Part shown: positions 11,140-23,853 of the stretch, in pieces
How positions within the stretch are numbered: the stretch's first letter is position 1
Layout of the letters: every line of letters begins with the position of its first letter
Assembly: GCA_964188305.1 (NCBI GenBank)
Contig: OZ076886.1
Reading direction: 5' to 3' (one strand)
Length of the DNA: 64,000 bases
From: Podarcis bocagei
Taxonomy: Eukaryota
Program-made: the position numbers and the translations under genes
The notes under the pieces: generated by a model
The model's input: only the letters and a program-made list of their open reading frames with translations
Databases searched by the model: none
What the model was told of the DNA's origin: nothing

Positions 11140-12019
11140 CCATGGCATTTTCTGGCAAGCCCTATTGAGACTCCATTAGTTCCCAATGCATAGTCCAGCA
11201 TCCTGTGTGGTGTTATAACATTATTAGAATAACCTCCCTTAGAACATAGACTGAGTGAAACTGCTTGGATTCACCAGGAAGACATTTCAGGCTCTTGCTG
11301 TTCATTGACTTGGCAGTGGCTCCACATGGCTGCTTAGTAGCAATATCAGAGGCAGTGTGTAGTAAAAGGGAGGATTCACGGCAGATAGCAATCTGACTAT
11401 AGAAATTATTTGTTCATGTTTCACTGACTTCGATACAGCCGTATCTCCTCTAAATGATACACTCGTCTCTTCTCCCCCACCCTTTCCCCAGTTAGTCATC
11501 ATTATTCTGTCATTTGGGTTGACTGCCAAGGATATGCCTTCTAACCATATGCATGCTGTAAGCCTCAAAAGCAGCTGTCTCCAAAGTGAGCCAGTTCGGG
11601 AAGAATAGGAAAACAAATTATATAAAAGTAGATTAACTTCTGTTTAACATCTTTTCAGACAACCCTGCCCTCCGCCCACCAGAACCAACAGTCTCTCTAA
11701 TCCTGCTTGTTTGTGTGCACTCTGCACTTGTGATCCTTCCTGGTGTGACTTGAATTTCAAATATGGAGCTTTATATTTGCCTGGTGAGCCATTGTAATTA
11801 TAATCCTCTATGTGCGAGCTTGTGGGAAGTGCTCTGTGCTTCCGTCTCCTGTGTGCACTTCTGGGCCAGTCCAATGCAAAATATTTCATTTGTCTTTTTC
11901 AGGTCTGTTTGTGTGTGCACCTGCCTAGTTGCTGTTGCTATCTGTGCCATTTTTACCCCATGACCTGGGGCTGTGGAGGAAATCTGGATCCTAATTTAAT
12001 TGGAAACAACTGGGGAAAG

Positions 12020-13560
12020 TCTTTTATGGAGAGCACTGGAAGTAAAGGTGGTATTACCACTGTGGGAGCAGGGCCGGGGCAGGAGAGTGCTAGAGTCCTG
12101 TCTAGTCAAGTTGCATGGGATCGATTCCAATCTGTTACCCCCGGGGATGTGGACATGCTGCTTGGACAAGTGAAACCAACCACCTGTCTCCTTGATCCTT
12201 GCCCATCCTGGCTTATTAAAAGCTAGCCGGGAAGGGCTGGGCAATGGGCTTCGTGGGGTGGTGAATGCTTCTCTCTGTGAGGAAGCCTTCCCAGACCCAC
12301 TGAAAGAGGCGGTTATCAAACCGCTTCTTAAAAAACCATCCTTAGATGCATCCAATATGGCCAACTATCACCCAGTCTCAAATCTTCCATTCTTGGGCAA
12401 GGTGATTAAGCGAGTGGTTGCTGAACTGCAGGCACACCTGAAAGAAGTGGACCATTTGGATCCCTTTCAGTCGGCATTCAGGCCTCATCATGGGGCTGAA
12501 ACTGCCTTGGTCACACTGGTTGATGATCTCCGACAGGCTAGGGACAAAGGTGAGAGCTGTTTCCTAGTTCTGCTGGATCTCTCAGTGGCTTTTGACACCA
12601 TCAACCATAACATCCTTCTGGACTGTCTAGAGGGGCTGGGAGCTGGGGGGCACTGCTATACAGTGGTTTGCTCCTTCTTCCTGGGCCATGTTCAGAAAGA
12701 GGTGGTGTTCAGACTCCATGGCTCTCACTTGTGAAGTGCCTCAGGGTTCTGTCCTCTCCCCCATGCTTTTTAATATCTACATGCAGCCACTGGGAGAGAT
12801 AATCAGGGGGTTTGGGTTGGGTGTTCATCAGTATGCGGATGATACCCAGCTCTACCTCTCTTTCAAATCAGAACCAGTGAAGGCGGTGAGGGTCCTGTGT
12901 GACTGTCTTGAGGCAGTTGGAGGATGGATGGTGGCTAACAGATTGAGGTTGAATCCTGACAAGACAGAAGTACTGTTTTGGGGGGACAGGAGGCAGGCAG
13001 GTGTAGAGGACTCCCTGGTCTTTAATGGGGTATCTGTGCCCCTGAAGGACCAGGTGTGCAGCCTGGGAGTCATTTTGGACTCACAGCTGTCCATGGAGGC
13101 ACAGGTCAATTTTGTGTCCAGGGCAGCTGTTTACCAGCTCCATCTGGTACGCAGACTGAGACCCTACCTGCCCACAGACTGCCTCGCCAGAGTGGTGCAT
13201 GCTCTAGTTATCTCTCGCTTGGACTACTGCAATGCGTTCTATGTGGGGCTACCTTTGAAGCTGACCTAGAAACTACAACTAATCCAGAATGCGGCAGCTA
13301 GACTGGTGACTGGGAGCGGTCGCCAAGACCACATAACACTGGTCTTGAAAGACGTACATTGGCTCCCAATACGTTTCTGAGCACACTTTAAAGTGATGGT
13401 GCTGACCTTTAGAGCCCTAAACGGCCTCGGTCCAGTATACCTGAAGGAGTGGCTCCACCCCCATCACTCTGCCCAGACACTGAGGTCTAGCACCAAGGGC
13501 CTTCTGGCAGTTCCCATACTGCGAGAAGCCAAGTTAAGGGAATCAGGCAGAGGGCCCTGC
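12020..13560 (+). mobile_element. LINE2 (L2/CR1 group) RT fragment, frameshifted
   Basis: PTTCLLDPCPSWL; AVIKPLLKKPSLD...NYHPVSNLPFLGK; DPFQSAFR; LLDLSVAFDT; VPQGSVLSP; YADDTQLY; SRLDYCN. Confidence 0.93.
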
Positions 13561-15809
13561 CATGGAACACCACCACTGAATAAGACAAAAGTGGTTACCC
13601 AGACCTCAATCCTGGTTACGGAGGGGCCCTCATAGCAGTTCACGTTTCAGGGCCCCAGAAATGTAGGTCCACTTAGGTTCATTAATTTCAATTGGTTTAC
13701 GCTGAGTAGAATTTAGTTGCCTGTAACCCAAAGTCTTGGGGTCACCCCCACAAAAATATTTGAAACACCTATTGAGGGGCCATCAGTTTTTAATTATGTT
13801 TGATCAAAATACTACTGATTCAAATAACAACTTAAAATACTTCTCTAGTTTTGTGGGAAAAGTGCTACATTTAAGGAAAAACATTTTGTTTTCCTTTTCA
13901 TCACACTCCCTTGAATGTGTGTTATGTGTTCGACCTTCACTTGCAATTTGCTTTATTTTGACATTTTGTAATGTTCTATTTGAGGTTGCAAAGTGCTTTG
14001 AAGTGGTATTTTATATTTAAATATAAAGCAGCATGAAAATGCTTTAAATAAATACACATTATACTCTATTATATAAGTTTCCATTCTCCCTTTGGCCTCT
14101 CGTCCCCTGCCTCAAAGACACCCTCCAAGTTAAAAAAACCCAAAATGATACAATTAAGGGAACAATACAACCAGTAGAACAGAATAATCAAAAACAGATC
14201 CAAGAGCATAAAATCAATTAAAACCACAGCAGGCAAGAGCAGCGGGATATGGAACCTACTGACTACTGGATTGGAGCTATCATGATTAAAAATAAACTGA
14301 TAGCTGGTGGCACCTTTTGAGCCAAGGTACCAAAATCAAATTAATGTGCCTATGCTGCTTCTGGCCCATTTCCAGCCATGCTCAGTGCTGTGCCAGAGGG
14401 CAGAAAAATAGATTTTGGAGCTCTGGCTCCATGATAATAGACCTTACCAAGGAGGGCACCATCTAGAGTCAGAGTAGACACACCTGTTTGACTTTGGAAT
14501 TCCAGCTCCATCAGTGGTCAGTTTCTACACAGGTTGGCAGCTACCTACACGGGAAGGAAAAGAGGCAAGTAATCCAGGCAAACCAATCCTTCTTATTTGT
14601 TCACGTCACCTGCCACTTTGAAAATATATTTTCCTCCCCTGGTTGCCTCCACTAAAATAGATCATTTGCTGAAGGAGGCCGCCTTACCCCTAAACAGCTT
14701 ATTTGGCTTTGCTTGTTAACCATGCTGGCCTCCAGTTGACCTTGGTGGTACCTTTCCTGATCTGCAGTATGCATTCTTGCTGAATCTGTGTTTTTGTGGG
14801 TTTAAATAACCCCAAAGAATTCTACAGTGATTGACCCTTTTGATTTGTCCATTTAGCATCTGTTTTAGCCAGCTGATTTACCCAATTATCTGGCTTGGCA
14901 TATGCAATATTTTCACCTCTCTCAACTTTTCAGTCAGAAGGAGAGTAGACACCTAGTTAAGTCTCTGTTTTTCCTTAATTTCTAGATTCCTTGTCCAAAT
15001 GATACATAACATGAGAAAACTCTCATTTGAGCAAGATGCAAGCATCTGCTTCAACACGCGCTACACTGCAATTTCCACCACTGGAAGCAGTATGGCACAT
15101 TTACAAATATACAAATACAGAATTAAGCTTCTATTTCCCCATAATTGTGAGGATCCTGGACTGAATCTTTAACCCTCCAGTTCAGAGCTTCCTGAGCAAA
15201 ACTTTCACTTGAACTTTTAACCCTTCTATACCAAAGAGCCTCTAAAGCAACCACTTTTTCTACCCACATTTTACAACTGAAAACCAAACACAAAATGGCT
15301 GAAAGTCCTATTCCTCCACATTGGGTTTTTTTCCCTTTTCCTTTTCAGGTCCACAGATTCCAGTCCTATTAACAGGACATTAACTATGTAGGGCTTGTGT
15401 GAAGTTTTCATGCAACTGCATAAAATTATTTTGGACACACCATACCGTACATTAACTGCTGGCTTTTGTTATGGGATCAGAATGGATACATGGAAACACC
15501 TGGAAGTTCAAAATAAAAAAATAATAATATAAAGACACAGTCTGTATTGTATTTATTGACGTTGTGTTGGAGAAGGTTTGCCACAAACAGCACAGACATC
15601 ATAGAAGGGGGCACACAGAAATTGGTTCATGTGGAACAGAGAAAAATGGGTGAGAAGATGAATGGAGAAAGAGACAGGGAGAGCAGATGCAGAAGGAGAT
15701 ATTTTGCCATGGTTTGCTGCAGCTGAAAGGTCAATGGCGGTGTGTCTGCTTTGTGTGTGGGAAGCTACCACAGGAAATATTTTCCATAGGTTTATAACAG
15801 TTTATATCC

Positions 15810-15914
15810 CAGGGATAGACAGCCTGTGGCCCTCTAGATGTTGCTGATAGCATAGCTGATGGTCAGGAGTTGCAGTCCAGCAAAATCTGAAGAGCCACAG
15901 ATTCCCCACCCCTG
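15810..15914. mobile_element. Degenerate palindromic hAT MITE
   Basis: cagggatag...ccccacccctg termini; related to the copies at 25751 and 32662. Confidence 0.55.
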
Positions 15915-17794
15915 TTTTCTAGTCTGTATCAGCTACAAATGGAAGGTACTTATTATGCCAGCTTGGCTTTAGCTATCCATTGTTATTACCAGTCCATTTA
16001 ACAAATAGGAGCAACTAAAACCCAAACTAGGTTCTGAGTTGACAGATTAAGGGGTGTAAATCATGTATGTGATCACTCTCTTTAGAACTTCAGTTCCCCC
16101 AAAATGAATGTTACCTCTATTTTTGGAAGCTGGGTATACATTGTAATAGCCTATGCTGGTTGTCTGCTCTGTGCCGACTATTTATTCGGGTTTCTGTGCA
16201 CTGATATAGGTGTAAATAATACACACTTTAAAATATGGATTTTTCAGTGGCATATACAACAAACATATGTTCTAGCACCGTTATCCTGTGTCGTGCAAGA
16301 GAATAAAACTCAAGGCTTCTGGGGGTGTGCCAAGTTAAGCAATGGGGATTTGAGGTCACATTCCTTCTTCATCTCCTATAAAGCAAGGGAGCACCTGGAA
16401 GAGCAGATGGCAGGACTAACACTCGTGGGTTTCACTTTACTCAATTAAGGAACAGGATGGTTTTATCTGCTGAAGATACGGCAAGAATTCCAGCGCAAAA
16501 TATCCTTGGTATACAGTATTCCTCATCAGTGCCTTATCTTCCCAGCACAGACAGAAGAATCTGTTGAGGCTTTCTATTAGACAACTATATTATTAAAAAG
16601 ACACTTTCTGAAGCTGTTTTTATTAATAGGCATTCATTTAGGTAGGATGAACAACCTAACTCTGCAGCAACGAGTAGGGAAGCTTTAGCTGTTAATTGTT
16701 GCGCTCCTGGTGAGCAAGGAAATAGTCCCTTCACCCTGCAGCCACAATTTCAAACTCCATTTCCCTTCTGGATTTTGACGGACTCGGAACGTTTTAGTTG
16801 GGGGGTCAAATCTTCAGACGGCTCAGTCCTCTGAACGTCTGCAAGAACTGTCAAAAGGATTTAGCTCCAGTTAATTCGGCATTGCTTGAATTGTCACAAA
16901 AACTGGAAGAAGGTGCAAGGCAGCCATCTGGGCGAGGGATTGCTTGGAATGGAAACGCAGGAGCGGAGCTCTATGTGGCATGTTAGTTAGGCATGCAGGT
17001 TTCTCTCTGCACCGTTTGGGTGATTTTACAAATGCAGTACAATATACAGATTCCCAGAAAGAGGAATCGTCATGGTTAAAAATCCTTTCACAGAAATGGT
17101 TTGCTGCATGAAACATGCACAGCTGTTTTTATTTTGAGCAATAAGAAGCAATTGGGTTGAAGCTGGCAGTAGTAGGTATGCTATATATCCGTGGCGGGGG
17201 GGACGGACCTCAAACCTGGGGGTTGAATGCAGCCTCCAGGCGTTTCTATCTTTCCCTTGAAACTCTCATAAGGCCACCGCCCCTCTCCCTAGACCACACC
17301 CCTCATTGACCTGCAGTGCTTCTTGCCTGGCTGGAAAGTGTCCTTGAGCTCTGATAATGCCTCTGGATGGAGTATAGTATGAATCTGTGTAGAAACTAGC
17401 CTACTGTACAAAGGTAAAATTTACATTCACTGTAAATCCACCTGATTTTTCAACAAAGCTCTGTAGAATGCCTCCCCTTCTGCCAAGTCAGCGAAAGGGG
17501 AGGTGTTTCGCCATCCAGCTTAGCTGTTGTGTGGGAGGGAGAGATCTTCCTTGTCCTCCTGGCAGTGTGGTGGGGCTTCTTCCTGCAAGGAGAAGCTAGT
17601 GCCAAGTCCTGCCACTTTGTGGGATGGGGAATCTGGAAAGGCTCTCTTCCCACCCCAAGTAGGGGAGACACTACAAGGGCTTCCCAAGGAGAAGACCTTA
17701 TGGAGGTTGCCATCGCTTTTGCAGGGGTGGCAGCAGAATGTTTCACCTCAAGCCACCCCTCCATTTATAACTTGCCTTTTCTGCTGTATGCTTC

Positions 17795-17930
17795 TCCCCC
17801 TCCCCATTTTATCCTCACAACAACCCTGTGAGGTAGATTAGGCTGAAAGACAAGGGACTGGTCCAAAGTCACATAGTGATTTTCATGCCCAACTGAGGAT
17901 TTGAACCCCTGTGTCACTGATTCTCACCAC
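17795..17930 (-). mobile_element. Old MIR/Squam3-like SINE fragment
   Basis: tcctcacaacaaccctgtgaggtag...ccaaagtcac...ggatttgaacccc CORE signature. Confidence 0.7.
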
Positions 17931-18736
17931 AGGTCTGTATACAGCCACAATAAATTTTAATGCAGCTCTTTATTGGGGAAAATGGCTTATGATGCTCTGA
18001 GTTTTCATAGCTTTCAAAGAAGAGGAAGTGGAGATTGTGGCCATGTGCATTTTCAGAGCATCCAATGAGACATGGAAAAAAGATGACCTCCATTTGCTCG
18101 GACTTTAAGCCCAGTTTTGAAGTAATTGCAGAGTAGCAGCTGCATAAAGAGGCAGATCAGATCCAAATATAAAATGCTTATTTCACTTTTGATAAAAATC
18201 ATTAAACCACAAATCAACTTACTCTGGACTCTAGTCAGGAAATGACTTTTATGGGCCATCTGCACATAACTGTCTCCTCATAAATCAGGATGCTGACATC
18301 TGTAATAAGCTTGGGTTCAATATCTTGGCATAAGACTCAACATAGTGATTTTATTAATTGCTACAGCAACTAGCTTTCTGCCTCTAAATGGTATCACTAT
18401 TAACACGGACTTTCCTCTTCGCGCTATATTTGCGCTCATTTGTCGTCACGCTGGCAGCCTGGTGTGCAAGGAGCCAGATTGGTGTGAGCAGGATGATGGA
18501 GCAAGCAAGTGGGTGGGAAGAGCAAGAAGGCAGGAGGGCGGCCCAGGCAGGCCTTCCCATGCTCCCCTGTCACTGTTTCTCTGTTGCTGCTGTCATTGGG
18601 TGGGTGAGGGAGAAGAATGTCCACCATGCTGCTGGCACCTTGGCCAAGAGAAGGAAGCCTGTAGGGTTATGGAGTGTCAAGGCTCCAGGAAAGCTACTCC
18701 TTCCCTAGTTGCAGCAAGAGCAGAAAAAACAAGATA

Positions 18737-18978
18737 CAGTGGTACCTCAGGTTACATACGCTTCAGGTTACATACGCTTCAGGTTACAGACTCCGCTAAC
18801 CCAGAAATAGTGCTTCAGGTTAAGAACTTTGCTTCAGGATGAGAACAGAAATCGGACTCCGGCGGCGCGGCAGCAGCGGGAGGCCCCATTAGCTAAAGTG
18901 GTGCTTCAGGTTAAGAACAGTTTCAGGTTAAGTACGGACCTCTGGAACGAATTAAGTACTTAACCTGAGGTACCACTG
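18737..18978. mobile_element. Complete Tigger-like MITE
   Basis: TIR cagtggtacctcaggtta / taacctgaggtaccactg; TA on both sides. Confidence 0.92.
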
Positions 18979-18980
18979 TA

Positions 18981-19100
18981 AAGTGTACACGAAAGCTCAT
19001 ACCAATAACAAACTAAGGTGCTACTGGAAGGATTTTTTTTAAAAAAAATAATTTTGTTTCAACTACAGCAGACCAACACGGCTACCTACCTGTAACTAGA
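18981..19100 (+). mobile_element. Penelope pLTR remnant with a decayed hammerhead
   Basis: aagtgtacacgaaagctcatacc...taaggtgctactgg matches 2221-2285; continues into gcagaccaacacggctacc. Confidence 0.75.
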
Positions 19101-19377
19101 AACATGAGGATAAAATGTTATCATAAGCATAGAACATATTTGCTGCTGTTGCTACTAATCCTGCCAATGGTGGTTGATGGTGGGCAGTGGCTTTGAAAGC
19201 TTAGGCTCAGTGACCTGAATCTGCACTAAGAGACAGCCAAGATGGTCTGTTAGTTGGGGGGAAAGGAAGAAGAAATAGTTGGTCCACTAAATTTGATGGA
19301 ATTAATCATGACATTTATGCTACAGAAATTTAATTAGCCAGGGGGAAAATATAGTAAAGATGCCACAACGATTCACC

Positions 19378-19458
19378 ACAATTTCATTTCTTAGAAGGTG
19401 GAAGAAGCAACAATAGGACCATGTCTCTGGGACCTGGTCCTCACCAACAGAGAGGAAC
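19378..19458 (+). mobile_element. CR1 endonuclease-domain fragment
   Basis: Reads NFIS*KVEEATIGPCLWDLVLTNREE, resembling the CR1 motif LDLVLTNREE. Confidence 0.6.
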
Positions 19459-19992
19459 AATGAAGAAATCAGGTTTCACCCTCCAACTAAGTTGCTTTTT
19501 CACTCATGGGAGGCAAAGTACAGGGCCACTGTAGATTTTTACCCCATACACCCAGTTACTATTCCTATGTATTTTAAAGTGGACTTCAATGAGAAACACA
19601 CACATGTGTCAGCACATCTGCCCTGTAGCTTGATATCTACACCTAAGTATCAGTAGGCAACTTTTACATTTCATTCCTTTTTTCACTGGTTTATAATTTG
19701 ACACATAGCAACGATATACATCAGAGTCAATGTATAAAAGTATTCAGTTCTTTCGGTTTGGGAAAGGATGAATTGGTGCATGCAAATATACTTTTTAAAT
19801 AAAACTATTTCTGGGGGAAACAATGTATTTTTAAAAAACCACCACTACCACACACAAAATTACCTGCTTCACAAGGGAATCAGATGCCCCCCCCCCTTTC
19901 TGGGCACATGGCTAAACACAAGACTCAAATCCTGTCAGCAATCCTCCAGAGATCAGATTATCTCATAAGAACTGATCTCTCTTTCTTATTGC

Positions 19993-19993
<1 letters not shown>

Positions 19994-20034
<41 letters not shown>
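19994..20034. repeat. (GT)n microsatellite
   Basis: Read directly from sequence. Confidence 0.97.
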
Positions 20035-20039
<5 letters not shown>

Positions 20040-21360
20040 TAGAGAGATTAAACTGAAACTTGAGGATACAGCACTGCAGTTTTAGACGAGCTTCCCACTC
20101 CAATCTCTCCCCAGTTTACAAAGACTTATAAAAAATATATATCACAAAACTTTGTATCCAGGAGATATCCGGTAGCGCTTATGAGCTCAAAGACGACAAG
20201 AAGGAATAGCAGTGGAAAGTCAAACACTTTCTGATGCCATTAACATTCAGCCAGCTCAGAGCTGAGAAAGCAAAACAGAATGTTATTATGGATATATTTG
20301 GAAGTTCCCAGCAGTAGGTAGTCTCACCTGTCTACTTCAGCATTTAGGTTCTGAGAGACATGATCCGTAAGCTTCCCAGCTATATAATAATAGGCTACAG
20401 TAAGGAATGGTCTACTTGAAGTAAATATCGAGGTGCATATTGTTGGGAAATTAGAATTTTATTTATTTCTGTGTATCTTGCGCTTCCATGTTTCTTTTGT
20501 TGTTGTGGTCCTCATATAGCCCAAACAGCAACTTCTACACGCAATGGGAGCTGTTCATAAGCTTGGCAGTACTCCAAGGTTTTACAACGTACAAAAATTA
20601 TTTTAGAAAAAGAAAGGGAAGAAACTTGAAGGGTCAGCCAAGATGAAACTCTTGGGCAGAAATGTCATAGCAACAGGCCGCGGTCAGAAAAGGGGGCGGG
20701 GGAGTCAAATGCAAGGATAAGAAGTTTGCGTTGGATGTGATAGAGATGTTTGGGCTCCTTACCTTTTACGATGGCTCCTTTGGTGCCAAGTTGGTTATAT
20801 AATTTGACTGAAATTGTCAGGGAGTGAGGACTGGAGGCCTTAATAAAGGGCCTCCTACACTTCCCTCCATTAATTTCAACACTTTTACAAATGATGCTTG
20901 CCACTCCAAGGAAAACAAATAGTTCTACTATCTTTACGGCATTACCTTATCTAGACCACTGTGCTGGGCTAGAGAAACACTTAATGTTATGTGCAGGCAT
21001 GTTATTATGTGAAGAAGGAAGTCTAGGGGCTGGCTGGTTCTAAATCATGCTTCCCTCTTGTGCATGAATGGGGCTCCCCCACCCTTTGAAATCCCATTGC
21101 TGTCGAACTACTTCCACAATGGAGCTCATTGATGCCATCACTGTCAACCTTTAGAAAAACTAAAACTTTTTGAGCTGGTTGAGAGCTTTTGTTCTGATGC
21201 TTAATTTTAGATTGCTTTTTTATTGTAATGATGCTGCTTTGTATATTTGTAAGATGTTATCTTTGGTAAATTACCTTGAAGATTGTGACAACTGGAAATG
21301 CAGCTAATAAGGTTCATGAAACCCCCCACTTTGTGTGATTATATATATAAACACGAAGTG

Positions 21361-21363
<3 letters not shown>

Positions 21364-21407
<44 letters not shown>
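21364..21407. repeat. (AT)n microsatellite
   Basis: Read directly from sequence. Confidence 0.97.
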
Positions 21408-21411
<4 letters not shown>

Positions 21412-22905
21412 GAATTAATTGCTTCCTGTCTTTGCAGAGTACATTTCTGTCACAGACTGCCTTAGTACTTAAGAATAGGTGCACATTTTGATTTCATTTA
21501 ATGAGGATTACAAATGATTTATAAGGCTTTATGCTTGCAGAAACTGGGGTTTTCTCAAAGCAATGCCCTCGAGTTTTTTCCAAGAAGACAACAGTCATAA
21601 CAAAAAGCATTATCTCACTGCAGAAACATTTGATGTGGGTACTACTGCTTTCTTTCAAACTTAATCCATGTGCATTCATAAATGTTTAAAGTTATACTGA
21701 GCAGAAGACAGGACATGTATTATTGTCATTTTCAAAGCCTGTGGGATAATCCTATCTGATGTTTTGAGAGAACTTCACAATGAAGTCTTCAGTAAACTCA
21801 TTTAGTAATTTATACCCCTTTTCTAACTCTCACTTTGATTTGTATCGGAAAATAGTGTGTGAAATACCGTGGTGAAGAAGCAGGCTTACAAAATAAGGTG
21901 GGGTTGTTTTTTTTTATTGGGGGGAAATACAAACACAGTAACATTTTAACAGAACAGTCAGTCAAAGGGAATCAGATTATGCCTTATGAGTTTAAGCATA
22001 ATATTGCTCCAGTGTTTCTTAGAGGAGGAGAAAAACCTCCTATTATTATTGGTAATGATGATGGTGATGGTGATGATGATACTTTTCCATCCCGTTTGCC
22101 TCCCAAACGAGCCCAGGGTGGGAAACAACCAAGCAGCAAAACAATGCAATTACAAATAAAATGAAAGCATATTTAAAACATTTAAAAACTTTAGAAACAA
22201 GAGCATCGAAAAACATTTTTCAAAAACAGTCATACCCTCAAAGCTAATAAGAGCAAGGTTGCCAGGAACAGCATCTTTGAGCCTCCAAACGTCTGATGAA
22301 CAGAACTGTTTTAAAACCCTAAATGTTAATAGTAAGGGAGATAGTTGCTTCTCACCAGGGAAAGCATTCCACCAGCAGAAAACCACCACCAAGAAGGCCC
22401 TGTCATGGGTCAGCACCCACCAGGCACACCCATCAACCAACCTTGTGAATGGAAAAGCTCAACATGCGTTTTCCATTGCTTACTGTGAGTCTTATACATA
22501 TTACAATTTGTCCAGGTTAGGATAAGTCTCCATCCTGTTTGTATACTTAGGCTGTAATTTAAACCTCCCACTCCTCACCAGTGGGACTTTGCAGAACAGT
22601 GGAGACACTGCTGTGGCAAAAGGTGGTGGTGAGGAGGAGAATCAGATATGATCCGAGCTCCAGGGCTGTCATAGTGCTCAAGTCTGGATCAGGCCTGATG
22701 CTGTTTCTGATGGCAGAGAAGACCGGCTTGGGATCCAGCAGATCCCAGGCTGGCTCAGCCTCCCCACCTCTCCACCCTTGGAACACCCGTATCATGTAAA
22801 TCTACAAGGCAAGCCTTCATTTCAAAATGGCATGTTCTTCAGTCAGTGTAACTAGGATGACCTCGGACCATGTCCTTTACAGCTACTTGCCACCAGTGGC
22901 TTATA

Positions 22906-23236
22906 CAGTGGTACCTCGCAAGACGAATGCCTCGCAAGACGAAAAACGCGCAAGACGAAAGAGTTTTCCGTTTTTTGAGTCGTTCCGCAAGACGAATTTC
23001 CCTATGGGCTTGCTTCGCAAGACAAAACGTCTTGCGAGTTCCTGCGAGTTTGTTTCCTTTTCCTTAAAGTCGCTAAGCTGCTAAGCCGTTAATAGCCGCT
23101 AAGCCGCTAAGCCGTCAATAGCCGCTAAGCCGCTAAGCCGTTAATAGCCGCTAATAGCCGTGCTTCGCAAGACGAAAAAACCGCAAGACGAAGAGACTCG
23201 CGGAACGGATTAATTTCGTCTTGCGAGGCACCACTG
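22906..23236. mobile_element. Complete Tigger-like MITE with cgcaagacga subterminal repeats and an internal (agccgcta)n minisatellite
   Basis: TIR cagtggtacctcgcaagacga / tcgtcttgcgaggcaccactg; TA TSD. Confidence 0.92.
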
Positions 23237-23348
23237 TAGCACTATGGGTCAGATTTGGTCTTGTGTCACACAATTTATTTTCCTCATGCCCCTAGGCTGT
23301 CAATGAGGCAGCCGTCTTTATATCTGCCTATTACCCCTCCTTTGAGGG

Positions 23349-23853
23349 TGTGGCAATCACACAGGGTCCCTGGATGTTTCACCGTCTATTGATCCCTGTG
23401 CCACTACTTCGCTGCCACCACCCAGGCCCTACCTGGTACAATACTGAGTCCAGTCAGGTTTAAATTGAAACATAAACTTCTGTTTATTTATTGCAGTTTA
23501 ACAAGCGTGTGGTTTCATAAACGGCATCGGTGAATTACAGTCATAGGGTGCCTATCCAGACCTATAACTTCCGCTACCTGCTCTCATTCACTAAACCACC
23601 TCTCAGATATTTACTTGTCTTCCTAGCCCCTAACTATTCCTGACTCAGCTTATTTTGTTACACTAACTCAACCTACCAACAAACTCTATCCAAATTTACT
23701 CCCACTCCAACCAACCTCCCAACTCCCAACTAGCTCCTCCCTTTGCCCCTCCAAGAGCTGGTTTTATAGTGCCTCTGACTCCACCCCCTGGGTCCTGATT
23801 GGGTAACCTGTTTAACTATTTCACCTCCAGCACTCTCATATGTTAACGTCACA
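23349..23853 (-). mobile_element. Solo LTR (Gypsy or ERV type)
   Basis: tgtggc...gtcaca ends; 5-bp flanks gaggg/caggg; on the minus strand CCAAT (~23797), TATAAAA (~23762) and AATAAA (~23484) in the expected order. Confidence 0.75.

Noticed and set aside
23070-23161. Short tandem agccgcta units as a CRISPR-like array
   Set aside because: No unique spacers; minisatellite inside a eukaryotic MITE.
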